This document shows positions 18,719 to 28,233 of a DNA stretch of 64,000 nucleotides, piece by piece. The notes under the pieces are model-generated. The model saw nothing but the letters and a program-made list of their open reading frames with translations. It was not told where the DNA came from and did not search any database. The stretch lies in IMG/VR virus record IMGVR_UViG_3300039066_000010. The stretch is one strand, 5' to 3'. Each line of letters opens with the position of its first letter. Position 1 is the first letter of the stretch. Source of the stretch: a virus. The translations under genes and the position numbers were made by a program.

Positions 18719-19051
18719 TTACTTTTTCTTTTTGATTTTAATTGTGATTTCTGATATCAACATTAATGGTATAATTATAAACCATAACCACCTTAAAATT
18801 ACACCTAATATCAAAGATATAATGATTGTACATATACAATACACAGTTAAACTAACCATGGTACAGACAAACCTTTCAGTTTTTGTCATCGTTTGACCAT
18901 CTGTACCTTTAACTTGATTAACCCAGAAAAACCCAACATCCCCTAAAAATGTCCCTTCCATGAATACTTCATACTTCTTACCATTTTCCCCAATTAAGCA
19001 GAAAATTGTTATCCCTATGAATATTAATGTGGATAAAATAATAACTAACAT
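18719..19051 (-). CDS. Small integral membrane protein (possible NfeD-like partner of SPFH protein)
   Basis: Three hydrophobic helices; adjacent to SPFH gene. Confidence 0.4.
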   Translation of the reverse strand: MLVIILSTLIFIGITIFCLIGENGKKYEVFMEGTFLGDVGFFWVNQVKGTDGQTMTKTERFVCTMVSLTVYCICTIIISLILGVILRWLWFIIIPLMLISEITIKIKKKK

Positions 19052-19159
19052 ATTATTTCTTTTTTCTGAGTTTAGGGTTTCTGAACCAATGCCAACTCAT
19101 CCATAAAAACCATATCAACGCTGTGATAGTGATTAAAATTGCTAAACCTCTTACCATAC

Positions 19160-19396
19160 TTACCCTTCGATTAATTTTTTAAAGTTTGTTGTGATTTTAG
19201 AGTTTTTCTCAGAGATTTCACGTAATTCTTTTTGTTCGATTTCACGTTCAAGAATTTCGTTTGCCAACTGATTGTTTCTCTTATCTACTTCTTGTTGCAC
19301 TTTGTCCAAAGCGTTTAAAGTTTTGTTGAAAGCATCTAAAATAGTAGATGTTCTTTTTGACAGCGTCGTGGCTGTCTTTTTAAGCGGGTTTTGCAT
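19160..19396 (-). CDS. Hypothetical coiled-coil protein
   Basis: ORF, heptad-like E/K/L pattern. Confidence 0.35.
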   Translation of the reverse strand: MQNPLKKTATTLSKRTSTILDAFNKTLNALDKVQQEVDKRNNQLANEILEREIEQKELREISEKNSKITTNFKKLIEG

Positions 19397-20948
19397 AATT
19401 ATTAATATTAGTTGATACTCTATTTTTGATTTGTTCTAATTTCTCAGTGTTATGAAAAATACCATCTTGGTAGATGACCCTTAACCATCCTATTTCAGAA
19501 CTTCTTCTGCTAACTTGGTCTATCAATTTGTAAGTTCCGTCTTCATCGTTCCCAACACATAATAAACCTTTTGCTGATTTTTTAGTTCCGGAATCAGTGA
19601 TTGGGTCTTTAAAGATTGGTGTGTCAACCCCTTTAATAGTCACGTTTGTTGCTTTCATAGCAAATCCGAAACTGTCTCTGGTGTTAAACTGATAAGTGTA
19701 AGAGCCAATTCCTAAAACAACGTTTGTTGCAGCAAATCCTTTTACCTCTAATCTTTCAAGAATATCCTGAGCAATTGTGATAGTGATACTATCCCCGTAA
19801 ATTACACCAATATGAGGGTCAAGAACTTTATATCCTTCATCAGATGTTGTTCCACCAAACACTTCGTAAAGTAATTCTACTACACCTTTAATAACAGTTT
19901 CTGGATATTCGATATCTCCTTCTAACATTAACCATTTTCCATCTTCATCTTGATAACAGTCTCCTTTGAACCCACAAATAATATCTGCAGGATTACCAGA
20001 GTCAGGTCTTATAACAACCTTCCCATCTCTAGCCATGATTTCATCTTTCAATCTTGGTAAGATATTAGTACAAACATGCCATAAATCCCATGTATCACTA
20101 ACGATTGATACAACACCTGTAGGATAAGCTTTCAAAATTCTCCTGAATGTTTCAATTTCATCCTCAGCACCACCGGCACACATCACTGAATGTTCAGATG
20201 CTGGAACACCCATAGCAATTACACCTTCTTGATGGTAATATTTTCTACCACCTTTGATTGCTGAAATACTGTCACTACCTGTAAAACTTAACAAGTGACC
20301 CAACCCAGATGTTATTGTTGTGAAAGGGTCTAAACCTCTAGCTGAGAAATCGTGCCCCATAAACGGTACAAACCCTATGTTTTTAGAGTCTGTCTTCTTA
20401 ACAAAGAATTCAAATAACTTTCTGTATTCGAAGGCGATGGTAGCGGATGTCATCGGTTTCCACAACAATTGAGACAGTAAAGTTTCAAGGTAATTAGGCA
20501 ACCAATAGAAATCTTTATTAGTGTTTTCAATAGTCAACACTGGGACACCCATCGGTACTAAATCACCTTCTGGTAAAGACTTTACAATAATAGGTAAATA
20601 ACCTAAATCATGTAATGCTTCAAAGTGTGACACATCGTAAGCAGTTCCTAAGTAATCACTGAATTCTTGTTCAAGTTCAGCTAAAACATCTGCTTTTCTT
20701 CTACTGAAAAAAGACCTTTTAAACATATCATGGATATAAATTACAGCCATTTGTTGTCCGAAGGAAACGATTGAATCAATAGATTTCCCATCTATACCTT
20801 TTGGAGCATGTTTGTTACTTCTTGGTGTGAAGTTGGAGTAAACATTCTCTGTACCTTCCGGATACATTTTGTGATGACTCAGTTTATAACCGTCTGTTAA
20901 AAATAATGGATTCATATAAATATTTGATTTAATTTCTACCTTTTTCAT
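19380..20948 (-). CDS. nadV: Nicotinamide phosphoribosyltransferase (NAMPT)
   Basis: N-terminal LTDGYKLSHHKMYPEGTENVYSNFTPR matches NAMPT signature; ~520 aa. Confidence 0.85.
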   Translation of the reverse strand: MKKVEIKSNIYMNPLFLTDGYKLSHHKMYPEGTENVYSNFTPRSNKHAPKGIDGKSIDSIVSFGQQMAVIYIHDMFKRSFFSRRKADVLAELEQEFSDYLGTAYDVSHFEALHDLGYLPIIVKSLPEGDLVPMGVPVLTIENTNKDFYWLPNYLETLLSQLLWKPMTSATIAFEYRKLFEFFVKKTDSKNIGFVPFMGHDFSARGLDPFTTITSGLGHLLSFTGSDSISAIKGGRKYYHQEGVIAMGVPASEHSVMCAGGAEDEIETFRRILKAYPTGVVSIVSDTWDLWHVCTNILPRLKDEIMARDGKVVIRPDSGNPADIICGFKGDCYQDEDGKWLMLEGDIEYPETVIKGVVELLYEVFGGTTSDEGYKVLDPHIGVIYGDSITITIAQDILERLEVKGFAATNVVLGIGSYTYQFNTRDSFGFAMKATNVTIKGVDTPIFKDPITDSGTKKSAKGLLCVGNDEDGTYKLIDQVSRRSSEIGWLRVIYQDGIFHNTEKLEQIKNRVSTNINNYAKPA

Positions 20949-21714
20949 CTGGATAAAGTGTCATAACTTTATCTGATTGAAATACTTCCCCTGTTTCGAT
21001 GTTTTGCATACTTAGTTTTCCGTTCCAACCAGCTCCTGTGTCTACATTTGTAATGTTTACAGCAGTCATAGGATAATCTTTACCCCAGTTTGTTGTTTGA
21101 GTGTGACCTATGTAAACATGAGATACTTCCTCTGCTATTTTATACTTCATCTTAGATGATTCAGCACTTAAAGCTCCCATCCATAAGTCTCTATCCCACC
21201 AGTAAATATCGTCTTTGTACTGTTCGTTTAAAGGGTAGTGTCTGTTGAAACCACCGTGGATAAACAATCTTTTCTTATCATCCTTGTAACTTCTTACCTG
21301 ATTCTTAAAGAATTGTAAGTGTGTTTGAGGGATGTCAGAGTTCAATAAGTTAGTGGTGTAATAATTCTCTATCCTCCCGTTGTTTCCATACGGATGAGAG
21401 TGATATTTAAAATGTTCACCTAAAACATTCACCCCATAACTTTTAGCTGTAGCTAAACCACCTTGCTCCCATCTTACTGGGTGAATCCCAAACATTAAAA
21501 ACTCTAGAAACCAATGGTCATGATTACCATGAATATCGATTCTATTCTTAACCTTTAGTAATTCTTCGACACATTCGTAAGACTGACCCCATCCATCAAC
21601 AATGTCTCCGATGGTGATTAACTTATCATTTTCATAGTCGAACCCAGAACGTTCAAGAACTTGTTTTAATGCCTTAAATGCACCGTGGATGTCTCCAATT
21701 ACGAAGGTTCTCAT
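20929..21714 (-). CDS. Calcineurin-like metallophosphoesterase (PPP-family Ser/Thr phosphatase-like)
   Basis: GDIHG, GDIVDGWG, GNHD motifs in order. Confidence 0.75.
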   Translation of the reverse strand: MRTFVIGDIHGAFKALKQVLERSGFDYENDKLITIGDIVDGWGQSYECVEELLKVKNRIDIHGNHDHWFLEFLMFGIHPVRWEQGGLATAKSYGVNVLGEHFKYHSHPYGNNGRIENYYTTNLLNSDIPQTHLQFFKNQVRSYKDDKKRLFIHGGFNRHYPLNEQYKDDIYWWDRDLWMGALSAESSKMKYKIAEEVSHVYIGHTQTTNWGKDYPMTAVNITNVDTGAGWNGKLSMQNIETGEVFQSDKVMTLYPDEKGRN

Positions 21715-22586
21715 ATGTAATCGATTTCAATAGTTAAACCCTTGCTTCTGTATGATTTACAAGAGTTTGTTGTGAATATCTTAGTGAAATACTCACTTAA
21801 TTTTAAGAACCCTTTAGAGAAAATCCCATGAGTTACAGCTAAATATAAAGCTGCTGGTTTTTTAGCTTTTAATTCATCAGCCAACCCTAAAAATGTAGCA
21901 CCTCCATCACAAATATCATCGATGATTAATACTAATCGACCATCTAAATCAACATCGTTTGGAATTGAGAATTTATCTAACCTCCCAGTTGTTGTGTCAC
22001 GCTGTTTTGTACAAAGTAAAACATCGTTTGGTAAGTTTAAATTCTTAACCACTGTTAACAATTTTTTATGTGCTCCGGCATCTGGAGCTACAAGCACTAC
22101 TTCATTAGGTTTATCAAAACCATCTAAAATGTTTTCAATAAATGTTTCGTTATTGACGTTAGTAGCGTTTTTGATTAATGCCTCAGTAACTGGTGAATGA
22201 CTATCGTAATAAATAACTTCTTCGAAGTTCATATTATTGATAGTATCAGCTACAACTCTCAATCCGAAAGCCTCACCTTTATTCATTGTTCTATCTTGTC
22301 TTGCTGCTGGTAAGTAAGGGATTAATAAAATCAATTTTTTAAATCTCTCTTGACGTAAAGCATCTACAGCCATTTGTAAGAATCCAATATCCACCCATGA
22401 GTTATACCTCATAGTTATGATAGTGAAATCCTCTGCATCTGGGTGAGGTACTTTATCAAGTAAAAGTTTAACATGTGGTTCACCTGCATTGAAGGTCATT
22501 TTTTCAAAAGGTATGATTACATCTCCTTCTACCATTTCGGCAGCTAAAGGATTAAATGCATCATCTAAATTCAGGAAGTAGTTCAT
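21711..22586 (-). CDS. prs: Ribose-phosphate pyrophosphokinase (PRPP synthetase) family
   Basis: IPYLPAARQDR and PRPP-binding VLIIDDICDGGAT. Confidence 0.8.
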   Translation of the reverse strand: MNYFLNLDDAFNPLAAEMVEGDVIIPFEKMTFNAGEPHVKLLLDKVPHPDAEDFTIITMRYNSWVDIGFLQMAVDALRQERFKKLILLIPYLPAARQDRTMNKGEAFGLRVVADTINNMNFEEVIYYDSHSPVTEALIKNATNVNNETFIENILDGFDKPNEVVLVAPDAGAHKKLLTVVKNLNLPNDVLLCTKQRDTTTGRLDKFSIPNDVDLDGRLVLIIDDICDGGATFLGLADELKAKKPAALYLAVTHGIFSKGFLKLSEYFTKIFTTNSCKSYRSKGLTIEIDYI

Positions 22587-22604
22587 TTTATTATTGTTAT
22601 TAAT

Positions 22605-22979
22605 TTATACTCTTTTCATTGTTTTAAGTAGTTCGTTTAAACACTTTAATGATTCAGTGTTTATATAATCTAAGTTACTTATAATGTCTCTCTTTAAGTC
22701 AGCGTTAGGTTTAACGTCTAATAATAGATTGTCATATACTTTTTGAACATACGTGTCACAATCATATAAGTAGTCGAAGTACTCTAACCCATTAATTACT
22801 GTACCATGTGCTTTAAATCCAGCAACATGTGCAATAGCTTCTAAAGACATCCCAGCAGCTCGAAGTAAAGCGTAAAAGATACCTCTTGCTTTAGTGTATC
22901 TTTCTTTTCGTGACTTAGAGAAAAGGTTTGTAATTTTAAACTCTGTCTCTAAAGAACTTCTTAATAATTGTATATTCAT
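22605..22979 (-). CDS. Hypothetical protein
   Basis: ORF only. Confidence 0.4.
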   Translation of the reverse strand: MNIQLLRSSLETEFKITNLFSKSRKERYTKARGIFYALLRAAGMSLEAIAHVAGFKAHGTVINGLEYFDYLYDCDTYVQKVYDNLLLDVKPNADLKRDIISNLDYINTESLKCLNELLKTMKRV

Positions 22980-23120
22980 TTTCTAAATCTTATCGTTATT
23001 ATTATTACCACTATTATTACAATGTTAACTATTAACCCTAATACTATATTTTCCGAACTCATGTTATTTTGATTACAAAGTTATTGTAAATTAATAAATT
23101 ATGCAAATTATTTAACACTT

Positions 23121-23453
23121 TTAACTATAATCATCCATGTCTATCATCAAAAGTTTTTTGAAGTTAGTCCCTGTTTTAGATGTGTTAAAAGCCATTAAAT
23201 CTGTAGGTTGACCCCACGTTTCAGTGCTACTATCGTAGATAACACCATAACCAAGGGTGCTGACGATGTCACCGTTGTGCTCCATCTCTTTGATTTCCTC
23301 TTTTGTAGGGAAAGTTGGGTTTTTAGGGGTGAAGTTTTTGATTTTTAATTCACCTTGTACCAGAGAGTCTGCTACTCCTGTAGCACTAATGAAGATAAGT
23401 CCTTCTTTAAAGCCTTTTTCTCTTGCTTGTTTTAATAAATCTTTAGTTTTCAT
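23121..23453 (-). CDS. Hypothetical protein
   Basis: ORF only. Confidence 0.4.
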   Translation of the reverse strand: MKTKDLLKQAREKGFKEGLIFISATGVADSLVQGELKIKNFTPKNPTFPTKEEIKEMEHNGDIVSTLGYGVIYDSSTETWGQPTDLMAFNTSKTGTNFKKLLMIDMDDYS

Positions 23454-23806
23454 GACCTTTTAATTTCTTTATGTGATATTTTTAATAACTCTTCGAAGTT
23501 TACATGTGGGTTGAATAATATAATCCCATCCACTTTAAAACCTTCCATAACTTCATGTTCCACAGCTGCTTTGAACGCTCCGTATGAAGTTTTGATAATT
23601 TCGTCGTCTGTCATAAACTCCGATAGATACCATTTGCGTCCTTTCCACTCCATTTCCTCCCCAGAGTGTGTGCATGGAGATATGTAAGCGACTTGTAAAT
23701 ATATTCTCCCACCGTGGATATTGTCTTCTCGAACTATAATCCTGAAAGTTTTCCCAAAGAGTGTCATTGTCACCCGCTGGGTTAATTTTTTGATTTTGCC
23801 TAACAT
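23450..23806 (-). CDS. Hypothetical protein
   Basis: ORF; overlaps 3' part of SLT ORF in another frame. Confidence 0.4.
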   Translation of the reverse strand: MLGKIKKLTQRVTMTLFGKTFRIIVREDNIHGGRIYLQVAYISPCTHSGEEMEWKGRKWYLSEFMTDDEIIKTSYGAFKAAVEHEVMEGFKVDGIILFNPHVNFEELLKISHKEIKRS

Positions 23807-24197
23807 AATCTTTGTATTTTAGATATTTGTAATAATACTTTAATGTTTTATTATTCCGGTAGCCGTTGTAAATCCCACCATTCCACATCCTGACAATATC
23901 TTGTTCTGATGGGTAACGATTGTATTTCTTCAGGTATAACTCAACACCTCTTAACATGACCAGATTAAAAACCTCATCTGAGTATTTTTCTGTAAACATC
24001 TGATAATGATGATAGTGAGTTTTGTAATTTCGATTAACTTCTCGGATTGCTATAGGTCTTATCTGTAGTATTCCGAAAGCTGTACTATTGTCACCTACTA
24101 TTTTTTCATTTCCTTGAGACTCAACTAATTTTAACACCTCTCTTATTTCTTGAATGATGTTGTAGTTGAATAAGGAAATTAATAGTAAGAGTTTCAT
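23553..24197 (-). CDS. Secreted lytic transglycosylase (SLT domain); C-terminal ~85 codons overlap next gene and may be spurious/frameshifted
   Basis: Signal peptide; LVESQGNEK and AFGILQIRP (E-S...GLMQ SLT motifs). Confidence 0.5.
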   Translation of the reverse strand: MKLLLLISLFNYNIIQEIREVLKLVESQGNEKIVGDNSTAFGILQIRPIAIREVNRNYKTHYHHYQMFTEKYSDEVFNLVMLRGVELYLKKYNRYPSEQDIVRMWNGGIYNGYRNNKTLKYYYKYLKYKDYVRQNQKINPAGDNDTLWENFQDYSSRRQYPRWENIFTSRLHISMHTLWGGNGVERTQMVSIGVYDRRRNYQNFIRSVQSSCGT

Positions 24198-24247
24198 CTG
24201 AAAATTATTTGTGTATTACTCATAACTTAAAATTTTAAATTAATAGT

Positions 24248-24329
24248 GAGGGAGACAGGATTCGAACCTGTAATCCCAATGATATTGTAACCGTACATGT
24301 ATGGACTCGAACCATATACCACTCCCTCG
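24248..24329 (-). ncRNA. tRNA-like element with perfect acceptor (GAGGGAG/CTCCCTC), canonical T-arm and a second T-arm-like hairpin in D position; no canonical anticodon arm
   Basis: Minus-strand: GAGGGAG-TG-GTATATGGTTCGAGTCCATAC-...-ACAGG-TTCGAAT-CCTGT-CTCCCTC. Confidence 0.4.
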
Positions 24330-24617
24330 TGTAACCGTCTTTCCAGTCTGTCAGTCTTACTCTTAATTTACGCCCTTCATAGTTAAAAATGACAAAGTGA
24401 TTAAACGAACGTTTGATTCTGATTCATAACTTCAGAACATTAAGTGATAGCAACCTTGCCGACAAGCAAAGAGTTTTAAAAGTTTAATCACCTACTTTAT
24501 TTTATTTTTTCTTTTGCTGCTCGTCTTACACGAGGCATATCAGAAATACAATATTTACTTTTTACTACGTGTTTCATCCATGCTAAAAATCTAGCCTGAT
24601 TGTTCGTGAGGTAGCTA

Positions 24618-24803
24618 TTAGTCATCATCATCATCCAGATTTACAGGGTTTGTGATTCTTTCGTAGTCTTTGTCTCTTCTGGTGGTGGTTAAATATTTTA
24701 ATCGATGTCTCCCAACGATTAATAAATTCTGACCTAACTTAGTGATTTTTGTATCTTTTGTCACCCTTACTGATGTGAACGCTTCGTCTGTGAAATTTGC
24801 CAT
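24618..24803 (-). CDS. Hypothetical small protein ending in DDDDD
   Basis: ORF; start codon directly preceded by conserved AAAATAATCACTATC. Confidence 0.35.
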   Translation of the reverse strand: MANFTDEAFTSVRVTKDTKITKLGQNLLIVGRHRLKYLTTTRRDKDYERITNPVNLDDDDD

Positions 24804-24978
24804 GATAGTGATTATTTTTTAACTCCTTTATAAATAAAGTAGATGATGTTGATAATTGATGAACCGAAAAAGAAATTGAACAAAGGGTGTGTTAACATCT
24901 TAGTGTCAAGTAGGGCTATGGTCGCTGTAACCATAACCCATATTACTGATAGAGTGAACTCTAGATAATAATTTCTCA

Positions 24979-26034
24979 TTATTTAACCCCTTTGATTTGA
25001 ATAGTTCCTCTCTCGATTTGACCGAAGATGTTGTCAGCAATCGCATAAAGGATGAACTTTTTACGCATTGAATCAGTGATGTACATCCCAGTGTCGATAG
25101 CTGTTTTTTCTTTATCAGCTCTACCAAGAGCAATCATATTTGCTAACTCTTGATTAGTTTTATCCTCTGGGTTTTTAACTGAATATCCGGCTTTAATTTT
25201 AGTTCCGGCAGTGATTAGGACAGCTACTGTTACTTCTCTATCCAATCCATTGATTTTGATTGTTTTTGTTTTGATTGCGTTCATAGGTTTTTGTGGTTGT
25301 GATACTGTTTTAATATCTGTTATTGAATCTTGTGTTGATGCGTCTGGTGTTCCTACGGTTATGGGTTTAGCTATCTCTAAAAATTGTTCGTAAGAGATTT
25401 CTGTATATTTCTCAGGGAGTCTATCGTTATCCATCATGTGAGTGTATGCTGAAAAGATTCTTCCCTCAACTTTACTTGGATAGACTAAACCTTTATTAAA
25501 TTTAATTCTATCTTTTATTTTATAAGATGCTTCACCAATTCCTTGATTGAACCAATCAAATATTACTTGGTCTTTTACATCATCACCTGTAAATCTAACC
25601 CACCATTTTTCTGGGGTAGTTATCTTTCTAAATGTTTCTATGTCAATCTCTTCACATGTTTCATTTTCCCCATAATCCATGTAACTATTATCACTTCTAG
25701 GTATAGATGTGACATATCCTTTTACATCGTAACTTCTATCTATGTTTGGTTGTCGTTTTAACCATTGAGTAAGCTCTTCTTTATTTTGCGGAGTAACTCT
25801 TATTTTCCATTTTTTTAGGTCTTCTTCTGGAAGAGTGATTATGTTTAAAGTATTATCTTTAAGCCAACATCCGAATTCATTATTTTTAACCCCGTAATAA
25901 GAATCCTCTAACCACTTAAATGTTTCAAGTCTGTCTAGTCTTAAGGTTGATTTAGGTAAATTTAAACTTTGAAAGTATTTTTTAACTTTCTGACCATGTT
26001 CTAGATTTAGAACTTTTATAACTACGTTTTCCAT
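24979..26034 (-). CDS. Hypothetical protein (351 aa)
   Basis: ORF only. Confidence 0.45.
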   Translation of the reverse strand: MENVVIKVLNLEHGQKVKKYFQSLNLPKSTLRLDRLETFKWLEDSYYGVKNNEFGCWLKDNTLNIITLPEEDLKKWKIRVTPQNKEELTQWLKRQPNIDRSYDVKGYVTSIPRSDNSYMDYGENETCEEIDIETFRKITTPEKWWVRFTGDDVKDQVIFDWFNQGIGEASYKIKDRIKFNKGLVYPSKVEGRIFSAYTHMMDNDRLPEKYTEISYEQFLEIAKPITVGTPDASTQDSITDIKTVSQPQKPMNAIKTKTIKINGLDREVTVAVLITAGTKIKAGYSVKNPEDKTNQELANMIALGRADKEKTAIDTGMYITDSMRKKFILYAIADNIFGQIERGTIQIKGVK

Positions 26035-26035
26035 T

Positions 26036-26632
26036 TTATTCTGTTTTAAGTTGTTTTAATCTTTTCCATGCTACCCATGTGATAGCTTGCATATATGAAG
26101 GGTCTACATTTTCTTTTCTAGCTGCTATTTGATAACATCTTTGAAAGAATTCGTTTTGGATTTTTGTAATCCCAACACCTTCATTACCAGTGATACTTCT
26201 ACCAATTGCTACGGCTAAAGCGTGTCTGTCAATGGTTACAACATTTTTATAACCTACAATATTAAGGAAGAAAGCCGTAACTTTATTACCGTTTAAGATA
26301 TCACAAATGGTTTCAACTTTCCCATCACAGTTTAGAATATCAACTGCTTTTTGATGATTAGTTTTTGTATGTGATGTCTTCCCGTTCTGTAAAAACGTGA
26401 TAGTGATTCGCTTGTTCTCCTCCCATGATTTTAATGGGGAAAGAGCTGCTATAATTCCGGCTACTTTTACATGACTCACACTTTCAGTTGTTTGATTCAT
26501 TGCAAATATTCTAGCGTCATCATACCACATATTTTTCTTTTCTTCAGGTGTGGCTTGATTATAAATCTTAATGATGGAGTTAACGCATTTTGTAAACGTT
26601 AACTCCATTCCTTTGAATGATTGCTTTCTCAT
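26036..26632 (-). CDS. Hypothetical protein
   Basis: ORF only. Confidence 0.45.
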   Translation of the reverse strand: MRKQSFKGMELTFTKCVNSIIKIYNQATPEEKKNMWYDDARIFAMNQTTESVSHVKVAGIIAALSPLKSWEENKRITITFLQNGKTSHTKTNHQKAVDILNCDGKVETICDILNGNKVTAFFLNIVGYKNVVTIDRHALAVAIGRSITGNEGVGITKIQNEFFQRCYQIAARKENVDPSYMQAITWVAWKRLKQLKTE

Positions 26633-26852
26633 TGTGTTGATTTTAATAAATTAAACCTTTACTTGTGTACGTGTACTTTCTACCGTAGTTATCGGTGAAT
26701 GTTTTACCTTCATCTTGTGAAGAGTGCTCTCTTGTTACTGCTCTGTTAACAACCCCACCTTTATTCATATCTGAAGGGTAGCCGATGTTGTTAGGGATTT
26801 TTCCTGTGTTTGTCATGATATTGTTTTTAAATAGTTTTCAATATTATCTAAA

Positions 26853-27575
26853 TTAATTTGATTCGTAAATTGCTTCTCCGTTACTGAATACTGCTACGCA
26901 TTTTAAAGGTTGTGATAGTGATTCATACACTTCTTCAACCATTGAAACTAATCTTTCCTTTTGTTTTTCACACCATTTCTCTGCGTGTCTGCGTTGAATT
27001 ACTTGTAAACCTACTGACATATCAGATGATTGAAAATCGTACTTTAAATCAAGGATGTCGCTGTCATTATACTCCATTTCCCAATCTAATACGGCTCCTT
27101 CATGGTAGCCGGATGTGATATTACCTTTGATTACTACTTCAACTTCGACGTCACCAAATGACTTGGATACACTTAGTTCGAAAATGTATCGACCACCATA
27201 ACTACGGTCATTGATACTTTCATCAGAGTCTCTGTACCATAAATCTTTGAATGGTGTTTTCTTCTCTAATATTATTTCTTGAATGTTACCGATAAGGTCT
27301 TCGTACTCATACGATTCACTTCCCACCCATTCAGTTTTTAGTGTTATATTTGTATCATCACACGCTGAACATGTTGTGATATTTTCAAAACTTTCCTTAT
27401 TATATTCATAACTATATTGTTTCTCATTACAGTTATCACATTCAAAGAATGTTTCTTCTCTACTCATTAGTACTGCAAATATCTTATTTGCATTTACTCT
27501 TCCAAAATTAGGTGCTCCCATAGTTTTTTTAATTTTTAATGATGTCGTCCTATTTCTTCTAGGGTGAAGTACCAT
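26853..27575 (-). CDS. Hypothetical protein with N-terminal CxxC...CxxC
   Basis: CDNCNEK...CSACDD. Confidence 0.45.
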   Translation of the reverse strand: MVLHPRRNRTTSLKIKKTMGAPNFGRVNANKIFAVLMSREETFFECDNCNEKQYSYEYNKESFENITTCSACDDTNITLKTEWVGSESYEYEDLIGNIQEIILEKKTPFKDLWYRDSDESINDRSYGGRYIFELSVSKSFGDVEVEVVIKGNITSGYHEGAVLDWEMEYNDSDILDLKYDFQSSDMSVGLQVIQRRHAEKWCEKQKERLVSMVEEVYESLSQPLKCVAVFSNGEAIYESN

Positions 27576-27592
27576 GTTATAGCTTTCATAAC

Positions 27593-28171
27593 TTAAGATT
27601 TAATAATTTCACCATCTAATAAAAATCGTAATGTAAACAATCTCTGATTACTTACAAACTCCTCAAACTTCATAAAATGTAAGGCTTGTGCTACAATCTC
27701 ACAATTAACTAGTTGTTTTTCAAAGTACCATTCAACCGGTAACTCAGCCATTTGTATCTGACACACAGCTGTTTCCCCGATGAAGTCATAACCTAATCGT
27801 TTAGTGATATGAATGTAATCATGCCACGCTCTAAAGTAATGGTTTACTTGCTCAGATGCGAAGATAGTGCCTTCACTTGCTCCTCTCCAGATGTGAATTT
27901 TACCGGTTTCCTCGTATCTATCTAAGTGTTTTTGAAATGTGCCTTCGATATCTGATTCATCAAAATCATCCTCGTCTGTGAATACAAACATGTGATAGTG
28001 ATTCTCAAACCAGTCTGTAATCCATTGATTTAACCTTGGGCTGAATGGAGTAGCATTTCTGAACTCTTCTTTAATTCTGGTGTTACATAAAAAATTAATA
28101 GTCTTTTGACCATCTGTAAACCCGTTGACTAACGAATTTATTTCTTCGCTTGTTTCGATAAATGTTTTCAT
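27593..28171 (-). CDS. Hypothetical protein
   Basis: ORF only. Confidence 0.45.
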   Translation of the reverse strand: MKTFIETSEEINSLVNGFTDGQKTINFLCNTRIKEEFRNATPFSPRLNQWITDWFENHYHMFVFTDEDDFDESDIEGTFQKHLDRYEETGKIHIWRGASEGTIFASEQVNHYFRAWHDYIHITKRLGYDFIGETAVCQIQMAELPVEWYFEKQLVNCEIVAQALHFMKFEEFVSNQRLFTLRFLLDGEIIKS

Positions 28172-28202
28172 TGTTCGTGATTTTAAATTGATATTTGTAG
28201 AG

Positions 28203-28225
28203 TGCAGGGGAATCGAACCCCTGCA
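28203..28225 (-). other. tRNA T-arm-like hairpin (GCAGGGG-TTCGATT-CCCCTGC) immediately after gene stop
   Basis: Seen on minus strand; no complementary acceptor found, so not a full tRNA. Confidence 0.35.
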
Positions 28226-28233
28226 ATAAACCG

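Noticed and set aside
24500-24530. Hairpin GCTCGTCTTACACGAGGC as an intrinsic terminator
   Set aside because: Not followed by a U-run in either transcript orientation (A-rich on minus, T-run precedes it on plus).
24230-24620. Possible tmRNA (ssrA-like) gene using the T-arm/acceptor at 24248-24280 as its 3' end
   Set aside because: The complementary 5' acceptor strand lies only about 75 nt away (compact tRNA-like), not 300-400 nt upstream, and no tag-peptide-like reading frame ending in ALAA-type residues was found.
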